A stretch of DNA of 20,000 nt, from the NCBI GenBank assembly GCA_054600435.1, contig BAAIJX010000043.1, positions 176,906 through 196,905 on the forward strand, in the 5' to 3' direction. Below are positions 1 to 9,258 of the stretch, one piece after another. A program made the translations under genes and the position numbers. A model generated the notes under the pieces. It was not told the DNA's origin. It searched no databases and saw only the letters and a program-made list of their open reading frames with translations. The stretch's first letter is position 1. Every line of letters starts with the position of its first letter. This DNA is from Neophaeotheca triangularis (lineage: Eukaryota).

Positions 1-2746
1 TGTTGGGTGTGTCGGAGGGCTCCGGTGCTGCTGGCATGGCGGTACCCTTTCTCTTGACTGCGACTTTCATTGGTGAGCCTGCAAGAGCAGAGACGTTGTG
101 AGAAGTCTTGTAGGGAGACGTTGTGGTAGTAGAGCCGAGGATTGAGTTAGCCTTGGGTGCAGGAGCCTTACGGCCAGCCCTATTGCTCTGCTTCTTCCCG
201 AGCCCCGTAGTTTTGACTTCATCCGCAGTCGGCAGTTTAGTAGGCTTCAGCCCCTTGAGATAGGACACGAGCGGTCCGTCCATGTTGGCACCATACGAAA
301 GCGCCAGCTGAACACGGTCCTGGGTGGTAGGGGGTCTGTTTTTTAGCTCCTCCACGGTCTTGAAGAAGAGCTTGGCGTCCGGGCCTTTCAGACCAAAGAA
401 GTCGAGCTTGGGGTCCATGGTACTGTTGGCCTGCTTGCGCTTCGTCGTGGCCTGCCAAATGAACCATGTCTGGCAGTAGACTTCGTGGGCATGGAAGCCG
501 ATGGTGTCGTGCATGTCCACGAGACGGGCCATGCAGTTGTTGCCATAACCATCCAACGCGAACCTGCCATTAGAAGCACACTTCAATTGATAGTTGTACC
601 AATCCTCCACGCGCTCAAGAGCACTGGGTCCAGAAGCTTCGTGGCCGATGGTTTGAGAGGTGAGGCGTGGGTTCACCGTCGCGCTCTCGTCAAGTGCCTT
701 CGAGGTCGATGGCGGATTGATTGCCATCGGTCCTTCAGTGTTTTGGTGCGGGGCATCTTCCATGAAGACATCCATGGCGTCCGGAGCAAACGTGCCAAAA
801 GAGTTCGGCGCAGCAGATGTCGTTTCCATACGGTCCAGATCCGCCATATTAGCGGACGCTGCAGATCCCGCCACTGCCTGAGCTGATTCAACGCGTCCGG
901 CGGCACCGGGAGCTTTTGACGGTGTAGCCATAACCTCGCAATCTTCTTCCCCAGTCAACTTCTCTATGGCCTCCACGATGTCTGGCTCCATACTGCCCTG
1001 CAGATCCTCCCAAGCCTCCAGTTGTTTGTCCACATTCTTCTTCGAGATATCAGACAAATACTGCCCGATTGTGCGCGTAGACTTTTCCCCTTTCCTGTTC
1101 TTGTGCGTGACTTTCGTTTTACGGAGATCTAGCTTCAGCAGCTTCCACGGAATGCCACCAGCCTTGACAAGGGGTCCACGGAAGCGGTCACCGGTAGGAG
1201 TCGGGGAAGTTGGCTGCTCCTCCTGACTCAAAGGCCACTTCGGTGGAGGAGTCTCCATAGCCGGGAGTTCGAACGAGGCGCTGTCTGAGAGGGCAGGCTG
1301 TGGAAGTGGTTCTGGCGACGCAAAAGAAAGGCCACCAATTCCAAATACGTCCGAGAAGGAAGGTAGCTTAGGTTTCGTAATTGAAGTGTCAGTGCTTCTG
1401 AAGCGCTTATCGTCCATGCGAGTTGGTTTGGTCAGGTAAGCAGTGTCCGGGCCGTGCTTCTTGCCGATTCCAGCGGTGATCACTACGTCCATGATGCCTA
1501 GGTTGTGATCTTCTTCCTGTAGATGAGTTGGCAAAGGCAGGCCTGCAACCGCGGCAAGGTACTTTGCAGAGACTGAAGTATCGCCACTGGAGTCGTGCCC
1601 ACGAGCAAGTGCTTCGCGCTTGAGTGCGTCAGCTATCACTGCCCACTTGCCTTGTCCCGCCGTCGTTGGAGGCTTCTCATGTGAGCCGCGCTCATAAGTC
1701 CACGGCTTTTCCGTTTGACGGTGCATTCTGGTGCCGCTGAATAGCTGAAGGCCGCCGATGCCTTTGAGCGCGCTGGCGAGTCGAGCGGCGACGAAGGCAA
1801 CCCCGACCAGTGATCCATTGAGGAACACTTCGATCTTCAAGTCTCCAGGTTTCTGGCTGCTTTCAAGAGGCAAGAAGGTCTCCGGAAGGATGTTGATGGC
1901 GAGTGCGAGCGCTTGCTGAGATGTGTTGTTGACGGAGTGCGGTGTAGAGAAGGGTGGCACAGAAGACGTGATTTCGCTGTACTTTCTTTTGCTGTCTGTT
2001 GAAGGGGAAGCGGCATCTTTAGCGCGACGAGACTGCGCAAGCTTAGAGGTTGAAGAACCACTCAAGCGTACGGGGTCCGTCAGAGACTTCTGTGGGCTAG
2101 ATGCAAAGACACCTTTCGATGGTGTAAGCATGGGTGAGGAACCGATTGAGGTCAAAGATGAGTCGCTGTCCGGCTGCGTACCAAAGTGGTTGCCAAACGT
2201 AGCATCGCCTTCGTTGATGTTTGTTGCGGTTACTTTGTCTGGAGATGTGAGCGCAGGGTCTCTGTGATCTGTCGGATCGTCTCCAGTCTCGCAGCAATCG
2301 CCATTGACGTCCACGTCCGTAGGCTTAGCCTTGCGTTTCGCAGCTTGTGAACCGGGAGCCGGCCTCATGGGAAGGCGCAAAGCACCACTGAGCGGCACAG
2401 TATGGTCAGAGGATTTTTTCAGACCCGGAGACGTACCTTGAAACGCAGCAAGAGTGCTCTTGTTGATATCCGCGGCTTTCAACCTGCCCAAGGTGCTTGC
2501 TTCGACCATGAAGAAGGGGGTATCGCCGTTGGGACCCAGCAACTGCGCATTCTCATCGGAAACGCCATTGGTGATTTGAACCGGGCGTTCAAGCAGTCTC
2601 TCGCCGTTCTCCAGAAGGTTGTCGATCCGTTTGGTGCTGTCGCGGTATTCGCTTCCCTGGTTGAGGTCTATACCGCGTGAAAGGGATGCGTGAAGGTCGG
2701 TCACCTTCAGCGACGCTGTGACGCCTAAGGCGCTGTGCGTCGGCAT
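1..2746 (-). CDS. Long hypothetical protein (>900 aa, Pro/Ser/Thr-rich), 3' end outside the window
   Basis: ATG at 2746 in a good Kozak context (GCCATC-ATG). Reads MPTHSALGVTASLKVTDL..., later GIMDVVITAGIGKKHGPDTAYLTKPTRMDD (ATG at 1492, same frame), and AMPAAPEPSDTPN at the window edge (same frame). Its absence from the ORF track fits a frame with no stop before base 1. From memory it resembles a Pezizomycotina hypothetical family; not verified. Confidence 0.8.
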   Translation of the reverse strand, partial: MPTHSALGVTASLKVTDLHASLSRGIDLNQGSEYRDSTKRIDNLLENGERLLERPVQITNGVSDENAQLLGPNGDTPFFMVEASTLGRLKAADINKSTLAAFQGTSPGLKKSSDHTVPLSGALRLPMRPAPGSQAAKRKAKPTDVDVNGDCCETGDDPTDHRDPALTSPDKVTATNINEGDATFGNHFGTQPDSDSSLTSIGSSPMLTPSKGVFASSPQKSLTDPVRLSGSSTSKLAQSRRAKDAASPSTDSKRKYSEITSSVPPFSTPHSVNNTSQQALALAINILPETFLPLESSQKPGDLKIEVFLNGSLVGVAFVAARLASALKGIGGLQLFSGTRMHRQTEKPWTYERGSHEKPPTTAGQGKWAVIADALKREALARGHDSSGDTSVSAKYLAAVAGLPLPTHLQEEDHNLGIMDVVITAGIGKKHGPDTAYLTKPTRMDDKRFRSTDTSITKPKLPSFSDVFGIGGLSFASPEPLPQPALSDSASFELPAMETPPPKWPLSQEEQPTSPTPTGDRFRGPLVKAGGIPWKLLKLDLRKTKVTHKNRKGEKSTRTIGQYLSDISKKNVDKQLEAWEDLQGSMEPDIVEAIEKLTGEEDCEVMATPSKAPGAAGRVESAQAVAGSAASANMADLDRMETTSAAPNSFGTFAPDAMDVFMEDAPHQNTEGPMAINPPSTSKALDESATVNPRLTSQTIGHEASGPSALERVEDWYNYQLKCASNGRFALDGYGNNCMARLVDMHDTIGFHAHEVYCQTWFIWQATTKRKQANSTMDPKLDFFGLKGPDAKLFFKTVEELKNRPPTTQDRVQLALSYGANMDGPLVSYLKGLKPTKLPTADEVKTTGLGKKQSNRAGRKAPAPKANSILGSTTTTSPYKTSHNVSALAGSPMKVAVKRKGTAMPAAPEPSDTPN

Positions 2747-3509
2747 GATGGCGAGCGCAATGTTGTTGTGAGAAGGAGCGAAGCGAGTGGTATTGCTATT
2801 GTGTGGTCAATGCGAGTAGAAAAGGTGCTGAGTTGGAATGTGAGGTGAGGTTGCTAGAAAGCGAAAGAGTCTACCAGCATGTTTTCTCCAAGTGAGCTCC
2901 TGGACATGAAAGCCCGTGTGGACGTCATTCTTGCCTGAGAAGGAAGGCACGTCGTTGGAGAAAACGGCGGGAGCACCCGCAGTCGTCGCTATGGTAAACC
3001 TACAACCCACAACGGTAACTCCCTTAATCTTTGCCGCATGCTACTCTGCCAGATTGTGTTCCTCCAAACTCAGGCCGGGAGCTACCGAATGGCTTGAAGG
3101 GTCGAAACATCTGCCAGCAGCACAAATCGGGTTCAGGGGTTCACCCGGCCTCACATGGTCGACCTCTTGAGCTTCCACGGCCGAATTGACATCTCCTGGA
3201 CCATGGCCAACGGAGCGGGACTGGCGGTGGAAACCCCCATAACTTTGCTGGCCGACGACATCAGCGATAACGCCAGCCTTCTTGCAGCCACCTCTGTTAG
3301 AACAACTCTCTGCACAATCGATAGGCTTGAAGGCGCCAAAGTCGTACGATCGAGGGAAAAAAGAAGTCGCCGCGAAGCATCGCCCACCTCTGAACAAGGA
3401 CCGTGATTTCTAGCAAAGGCTCGTAAAGATCCGCCAGCGGTCCATACGATCCTGATGTACTGACCTAGAGGCTTCCGGGTCGACGCAACATGCCCATGGC
3501 TTCACAAGT

Positions 3510-4373
3510 TCACCCTCTACCCTCAGTGATGATTCCAATACTTGGGGCCTCCAGACTACCCCCAAGCTCAACTACCGTCCGATCATAAACCCTAGAGACA
3601 GCAACATCCCAACTCTCCTGCTCCTCAACCCCATCATCTTCCTCCAACCTATCCCCCTCAAGCACCAGCTCCCCATCCGTCTCATCGCCCACCCCCGCCT
3701 CTTCCTCCTCGGCCTCCTCCCCCCCTCCTCCCACAACCTCCGCAACAGAAACCCTAGTCCTCTCAACCAAACTCCTAATCCTCACCTTCTCTGTCCCACT
3801 AACGCCCCTCCCCCTATCAAACCCCGGCAACGGAATTCCAGTCTGTACATCCCTGGCCGTCAACAAACTCGCAAAGACACGATCGAGCTGATCCAAAGTC
3901 TTAAACATGGCTCGCGGCGTCGGCGGCATCGCTCGCACGATATCCGCCAACAGTAACGCCAGAGTGATGAGGTAGGGGATTTGCAACGAGGGCGTGCCGG
4001 AGACCCAGATCACGGAGACGAGCTCGGAAATATCTTTGCAGGCTTCGCGCATGGACTTGTAGCCTTGGACGTCTGTGGGCCAAGATTGCGGGGCGGTGTT
4101 GGTTTGTTGGGGTATGGGCTCGGTGGTGGCTTGCCAGGTTGATGGATCGCGCGGCGAGGTGCGCTTGGCGAAGCGTCGCTGGATGTGTAGCATGCGGGAG
4201 TCAATATGTCGGATCAAAGTGGATTCTTTGGGACCGCCGGGTTTGAGGGGCGTGTGACGGGGACTAGGGAGGGTTCCTGCTGGTACTGTGCCCGGTCTTG
4301 GGGAGCTGATGGATGAGGCTGGTGGCGATGGGAGAGTGAAGCCGCCGGGCTGTTGTGCGGGAGAAGACATCAT
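3510..4373 (-). CDS. Tfb6-like (TFIIH-associated subunit, PF17110-like) protein
   Basis: 302-codon ORF; the first real ATG is at 4373 (MMSSP..., 287 aa). Motifs LPSPRHTPLKPGGPKE, GYKSMREACKDISELVSVIWVSGTPSLQIPYL, TEKVRIRSLVERTR and VSRVYDRTVVELG match my recollection of filamentous-fungal Tfb6-domain proteins. Confidence 0.7.
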   Translation of the reverse strand: MMSSPAQQPGGFTLPSPPASSISSPRPGTVPAGTLPSPRHTPLKPGGPKESTLIRHIDSRMLHIQRRFAKRTSPRDPSTWQATTEPIPQQTNTAPQSWPTDVQGYKSMREACKDISELVSVIWVSGTPSLQIPYLITLALLLADIVRAMPPTPRAMFKTLDQLDRVFASLLTARDVQTGIPLPGFDRGRGVSGTEKVRIRSLVERTRVSVAEVVGGGGEEAEEEEAGVGDETDGELVLEGDRLEEDDGVEEQESWDVAVSRVYDRTVVELGGSLEAPSIGIITEGRG

Positions 4374-4702
4374 GGGAGAGTTGTGGCTAATTAAGGAGAG
4401 CGGTGTAACACTTGCCACTTGAATCGAGAGCGATGTTGCTATTTATCTGAAGCAACGTGCTTCGCGGCGATGTTTAGAAGCTGAGGATGTCGTCTGGACT
4501 CGAGGACCGCTTCAATGTAGCTTATCTTATCTACAATCTGCTGACAAGCTTGGAAGATTGAGGGTTCGGGCTAGTCATAAGAGGTAGGCCTCCGGGCTGC
4601 TTCGGAGAATTAACGACCTTCATCACCATGTGAATGACACACTGTTCACCTACCAAGCAAGGGAACTGATTATATACAAAGTGTGCTATGTTAGAGTCTT
4701 TT

Positions 4703-7315
4703 CTAGTGCCCGATGCCCCCAGCAATCCACTCCGCCCGCGCCGGATCACCTGGCGGAGGAAACATGCCTCCAGCGGCCTGTTGCCCATCCACAGGCGGTT
4801 GCTGCTGCTCACCCTCCCCCTGCCTCCTCTCCTCAGCATTCCGCCTCTGCTGCCTGCGATAGAAAACAAGCCAAGCAAGAGCAGCGAGCAAACCACCTAT
4901 TAGCAGCGTCTCGATCAAATCGTCATCAATATCCGCATCGTCCCAATCGCCACCAGGCATTGGATCGTAGTCGTCGGGTTCATACTGCGCGTCCTCCATC
5001 TCCTGGTGGTACTGTGCGGCATCGGCTTCTAGGAAGTCGTCCAGCCATTGCGACCAGCTGCGCTTCTTCTTTTGCTCCTTGAGCTCCGTCTCGGGCCCGT
5101 CGTCGATACCGTGAATACTGCCGCCCGAGATTCCGTTCCACCAACTGCGCCATCTGAGTTTCCAGAGAGAGAGTTGGACGGGAAGGTAGGCTTCTGTGTT
5201 CGTCGCGAGAGCTTGGTCGTAGAAGCGCTTGGCTAAGTGGAAGTCTTGGTCGATGCCAATGCCGTTTTCGTGCATCCAGCCTAGGTTCCACATTGCTTGC
5301 GCTGAAAGCATGGATTCTGCTGCTGCCTGGTAGCAGGATGCTGCATTTTCGAAAGAGGTTGGTGCACCGAGGCCAGAAAGATAGTAGTCGCCCACCTTCA
5401 CTTGCGAGTCGATGTTGCTCTGTTTTGAGGAGCGAGTCCAGTACGTGAGGGCAAGAGTGGCATCGTTTAGAAGTGCCGCCGTTTTGTCTGTAGCGCTTGC
5501 AGATAACGATCGCAGCCAGGTCAATGGGCTCCATGTTGGCGTAGTATGGTCCAGGAGGTAGGCGACGTTGGCTTGAGCATTCTCTGAGCCTTGCTCGGCA
5601 GCCATAAGGTAGCCGATAAGAGCTTTTTGATTATCGCCATCTTCATAGGCGGCGTAAGAGTCGGTCAACGAACCCCAGATTGCTTCGACCTTCTCGGCAA
5701 CTATCTTGTAATGCGCAGCCGCCACATTACACGATCGCTCACGCCCAATACCCTGATCGTTCAGCTCCGCAAGGTAATAAAAAGCTTCAATGTGGGAGTT
5801 GCGAGCAGCGTATTCAAAGTAGCGAATTGCCGTGGGGACGTCGCCTTGATCGAGGAAAAGAGCACCAAGGTTGGTCTGCGCGACGGCCAAATCCTGGTCA
5901 GCGGCTGAAGCCAGCAAGTCTGCAGCCCTCATCACATCAACTTCGACGCCATAACCGCGTAGATACATGATCCCCAGGCTGTACTGACAAAGGGCGTCGC
6001 CGTTGGCCAAACCTCGTAGAAACCAGATTTTTGCCTTGCTGAAGCTCTGCTCCATGCCTTCGCCGCGCAAAAACATCCGACCAAGGTATCCCGCGGCCTT
6101 CGATGCCAGCTTCTCAGTACTGGGAGAGACGTCGCTCTTGATTTTGCCGTCACTGGCCCAGTATTGTCGTGCGACGGTCATGAAGTATTCCTTGGCCACC
6201 TTGACGTCACGAGGCAGTCCGCGTGCGCCATCATAATGGAGACGAGCGAGCCCATAGGTTGATGTAAGCTGGCCCTTTGATGACTGAAAGTGCAGATACT
6301 CGAGGACATCGTCCACGTCTGCATATGCATCGCTCGTGGGGCCACCCTGCTTCGCGAGCATACCAGCGCTACTGACGGAAGCGCCTTCGCCATACACACC
6401 GCCATGCTCATCTGCCAGCCTATAGCTCTCACGAACTAGACTGTTGCCGCCGGGAGGTCCGGATCGGTAGTATTGTATAGCCTTGTCCGCCACTTTCCTG
6501 TACCAGTGCACAGCTTCATCACAGTTCCTCGGCGTTGCAACACCCGCGTAGTGCCTATACGCCAGAGTCATCTCTGATCTTGTGTTCCCCTGCTCCGCCG
6601 CGAAAGTGTGATAAAGCATGCTCTTAGCCTGGTCTGCCGGTCTATCCACGCTCAACCCCGTGGCATACAGAAACCCCACCATATATTGTGCTGTACTGTT
6701 GCCATCCAACGCCGCCAATTGTTCGTAAAGGTCGAAAGCTGTTTCGTAGTTGATCGGGTGCGTGTAGTTTCCATGGAAGTTCATCTCCGCCAACAGAAAG
6801 AGAGCGTCCGGGTCGTCATCCTTCGCAGCCTCCTTGAGCAGCTTGACTGCCTGACCCAGGGGCTCTCCAAGCTTGGCTGGGCGGCTGGAAGAAGTCGTCA
6901 AGACGTTGGACGATTGCGGAGCGTTCATGAAAAGGAGTACGAAGGCTTCTTTGGCGTAATAGACAGTGGTCCCAAGGAAGCCTTTCGGCTTAGCTGTGTA
7001 TTGGACTAGCTTTGAGGTCGTTGGCGGTTTGATCTTGCGCAACAGATCTGAGGCCTCGTTGACCGCTTCCGAGGTCTTTCGATCATGCTGCCCGTTGGCA
7101 TGTACATTGTCGGTAGACAGCTCGTCGACGCCAAATACCTCTTGTTTCGGTTGCTGAGCGTCTTCCAAGACAATCTCTTCATGGGCATAAGACGAAGCGA
7201 GGAAGAAGAGGAAAGTAACTAGACAGGTATTAGAAAAAGGCTGGGCGACATTATTAGCAAAAAGAGTAGACATGCCTAGTAGAAGAGGCGCATTGCGCCA
7301 GCTGCTGTGTCTCAT
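4703..7315 (-). CDS. HRD3: ERAD ubiquitin-ligase complex subunit Hrd3/SEL1L (Sel1 repeats, type I membrane protein)
   Basis: N-terminal signal peptide; many Sel1 repeats (AQYMVGFLYATG, SEMTLAYRHYAG, AAGYLGRMFLRGEG, AMWNLGWMHENGIGIDQDFHLAKRFYD); acidic juxtamembrane segment; single TM helix (LLIGGLLAALAWLVFY); C-terminal GMFPPPGDP...WIAGGIGH. About 851 aa after removing the 57-nt intron. Confidence 0.95.
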   Translation of the reverse strand: MRHSSWRNAPLLLGMSTLFANNVAQPFSNTCLVTFLFFLASSYAHEEIVLEDAQQPKQEVFGVDELSTDNVHANGQHDRKTSEAVNEASDLLRKIKPPTTSKLVQYTAKPKGFLGTTVYYAKEAFVLLFMNAPQSSNVLTTSSSRPAKLGEPLGQAVKLLKEAAKDDDPDALFLLAEMNFHGNYTHPINYETAFDLYEQLAALDGNSTAQYMVGFLYATGLSVDRPADQAKSMLYHTFAAEQGNTRSEMTLAYRHYAGVATPRNCDEAVHWYRKVADKAIQYYRSGPPGGNSLVRESYRLADEHGGVYGEGASVSSAGMLAKQGGPTSDAYADVDDVLEYLHFQSSKGQLTSTYGLARLHYDGARGLPRDVKVAKEYFMTVARQYWASDGKIKSDVSPSTEKLASKAAGYLGRMFLRGEGMEQSFSKAKIWFLRGLANGDALCQYSLGIMYLRGYGVEVDVMRAADLLASAADQDLAVAQTNLGALFLDQGDVPTAIRYFEYAARNSHIEAFYYLAELNDQGIGRERSCNVAAAHYKIVAEKVEAIWGSLTDSYAAYEDGDNQKALIGYLMAAEQGSENAQANVAYLLDHTTPTWSPLTWLRSLSASATDKTAALLNDATLALTYWTRSSKQSNIDSQVKVGDYYLSGLGAPTSFENAASCYQAAAESMLSAQAMWNLGWMHENGIGIDQDFHLAKRFYDQALATNTEAYLPVQLSLWKLRWRSWWNGISGGSIHGIDDGPETELKEQKKKRSWSQWLDDFLEADAAQYHQEMEDAQYEPDDYDPMPGGDWDDADIDDDLIETLLIGGLLAALAWLVFYRRQQRRNAEERRQGEGEQQQPPVDGQQAAGGMFPPPGDPARAEWIAGGIGH
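7219..7275 (-). other. Probable 57-nt GC-AG intron in HRD3
   Basis: Minus strand: G|GCATGT...TTCTAATACCTGTCTAG|TT. Removing it joins MRHSSWRNAPLLL to VTFLFFLASSYA, giving a clean signal peptide. Confidence 0.75.
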
Positions 7316-7982
7316 CTTGGACGCTGGTTACAGGTGCGATTCCAATTCCGGCGGACGATACACATGGTACTGCTCAAACATCAACAGCTCACAAGCATTA
7401 CCTACTTGGAGCTGGGGGATCGGTAGCAAATGTGTACTAGTATGTCTGTCACTTGGATTGTGTTTGGGCTGACTGGGTGACTGGCCAGCTGGCTATCCGT
7501 TCCTTTGTCCGGGAGAAGACGAGCAGCAGGCAGTTCGCAGCCACAACCAACGCCAACGCCAACGCCACACCTGATACGACGGTCGTACACTCCTACGAAG
7601 ACTCGGATTTTTTTCCCGCGGCCCCGCGGCTTTACTGAACTTTTAAACTTCTTTGTTTTCCCTTATAGTACTACTCCCTCTTTATTTACACACTATGCGC
7701 ACCTTTGTTATAATGGTTCAAGTCCTACATTTCTTTTATGCCGCAAATTGCGATTATGGCCGTATACGGCCTAAGGCATTATTTCGCGCGGTACGCGACA
7801 GCTATAAAGTCGCGACCTTACTACCTCGTCTACCTTCTACCACTACTACTACCTACCGGTCCCTTTACTCGATCACACTAAGCCTACCTCGTTAGGGTAT
7901 AGTAGTCATAGTCTATTAAGTATCTACTAGCTTATAGGCTACATATCATACTAACAAAACTACTAGCTAAAATTCACTCGCT

Positions 7983-8557
7983 ATACCCCCTAAAAACAAA
8001 AAGTAGGTGTTTTTCCCTAAATTAAATACCTTTTAAGTATACTCTATACTAACTTAGGCTTAAATAGACATAAAGTTAGTCCCGAGCCGGACCTAAGCGA
8101 TATTACTATCTACGACCTTAAAAGGCTCCGCCGCCCTAAAACTACTAACTCGAGCGACTTTTAGTTCGTGAAGTAAGAGACTTAGGACGAGTAGCTTAGC
8201 AAGTCAAAAGTAGGTACAATATATAAAAATGCAGCTAATAAGTTAAGGAAGTTTACTACGGCTAGTAAGATTATAGAGGATAAGGAGGTTAGGATAGATG
8301 TAGTAGAGCCTTACTCGGAGTATACTCGCTATAGTAATTAGCTACCTTACCGTGTTTATAAGCGCCTTAAGCTCGAGAGCGGCATAGTAGTCGATAAGGG
8401 GGAGATATATGCGCTTTATAAAAGGTAGAGTAAGTCTCGCTACACTACTAACTACTAAAAGAGTCCCCCCTCGATTAAGGAGCGATTACAACTAGCGGAG
8501 GCTATAATTATGACTCTCTCTACTAGAGTCCGTACGCTCGAGTCTATAAGGCCGTAA
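7983..8557 (+). pseudogene. Gene A: RIP-inactivated small Zn(II)2Cys6-like protein with C-terminal coiled coil (~169 aa)
   Basis: ATA (former ATG) at 7983, MPPKNKK. Intron 8003-8067 (GTAGGT..ACTAAC..TAG) restores the frame. TAC/TAT codons at 8312, 8321, 8348, 8408, 8417 and 8441 give C-x2-C-x8-C-x19-C-x2-C-x7-C if reverted to TGC/TGT. Then IKERLQLAEAIIMTLSTRVRTLE. TATAAAG at 7803 and a CT-rich tract lie upstream. The true stop position is uncertain. Confidence 0.65.
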
Positions 8558-8806
8558 GTAAGGGGAGGTTAAATAAGGAGTTTTAGGTTTTAAGGGCTAA
8601 ATCTAGCTATTATACCCCTAAGTTAACTACGAGTCGGAGTTTGTTTACTTTAAAAATCAATGAATTTATTAAATCTTACCTAAATTCAACTAATTAACCC
8701 TATAAACCTTAATTTTACTCCTTAAAATCTATGAAAAATCACTAAAAAAACTCGAATTTTAAGAATTTCTCTTATATTATAAATTGAGAAGCAAAAAAAG
8801 AACGAT

Positions 8807-9146
8807 TTATTAATACTTATATGCAAATAGTAGCTAACTCGCAATTTTACAAAATAAAAAGGATAAGAAAAGAAGGAAAAACTAGTAACTAAAAGAAAAA
8901 ACCACTTAATTCAAGAGCAAATCCGCGAAAAAAAAAGCAAAAAAAAAAGTATATTATTAATACTTATGCCTATATAGTAGTTAACTCGTAAAATAGACTA
9001 AACTAAACTCCTACCCTAAAAAACTAAATTAATCAAAAAAAGACTAAAAATCAAAAGAAAAAACCTCTTAGAGCGCCCGGTCATTATAAGAAGAAAAAAA
9101 CCGAGATTTTGTTAATATTTATGCGTACATAGTGGCTAACTCGCAA
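8807..9146 (+). repeat. Three 38-bp direct repeats within an A-tract-rich intergenic region
   Basis: 8807-8844 TTATTAATACTTATATGCAAATAGTAGCTAACTCGCAA; 8954-8991 TTATTAATACTTATGCCTATATAGTAGTTAACTCGTAA; 9109-9146 TTGTTAATATTTATGCGTACATAGTGGCTAACTCGCAA. Start-to-start spacing is 147 and 155 bp. Confidence 0.9.
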
Positions 9147-9258
9147 ACATATTTCTTTTAAGTAAAAAAAACGAAAAAAAGCAGTAATCATAAGCACTAA
9201 GTCCTACGGCTCCCCCCTACACCTACATAGAGTATAGGTACTATAAGTCTCCTACTAT

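Noticed and set aside
2388..2436. Intron-like GTACGT...CTGAC...CAG in the long minus-strand ORF
   Set aside because: It is 49 nt; removal would shift a frame that is otherwise open for more than 900 codons.
3540..3830. Strongly C-rich, G-poor plus strand suggesting a repeat or insertion
   Set aside because: Explained by the Glu/Gly/Val-rich 3' coding end of the Tfb6-like gene on the minus strand.
4374..4418. GTG-initiated N-terminal extension of the Tfb6-like ORF
   Set aside because: In a fungal gene the in-frame ATG at 4373 is the more likely start.
237..7188. Numerous short overlapping ORFs in the track (e.g. 485-886, 1923-2267, 4630-5082, 4980-5534, 6608-7009)
   Set aside because: They are shadow or alternative frames of the three real genes in GC-rich coding DNA.
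7575..7630. Helitron terminus suggested by hairpins at the RIP boundary
   Set aside because: No appropriately placed CTRR end, and no Rep/helicase remnants were seen in the window.
8173..8247. Second intron candidate in gene A (GTAAGA..GCTAAT..AAG)
   Set aside because: It is 75 nt and in frame, has a weak AAG acceptor, and reads as plausible protein after RIP reversion (KQETWDEWLSKSK), so it is not needed.
8807..9146. CRISPR-like repeat-spacer array
   Set aside because: Eukaryotic context, only three degenerate repeats, ~110-bp low-complexity spacers and no cas genes.
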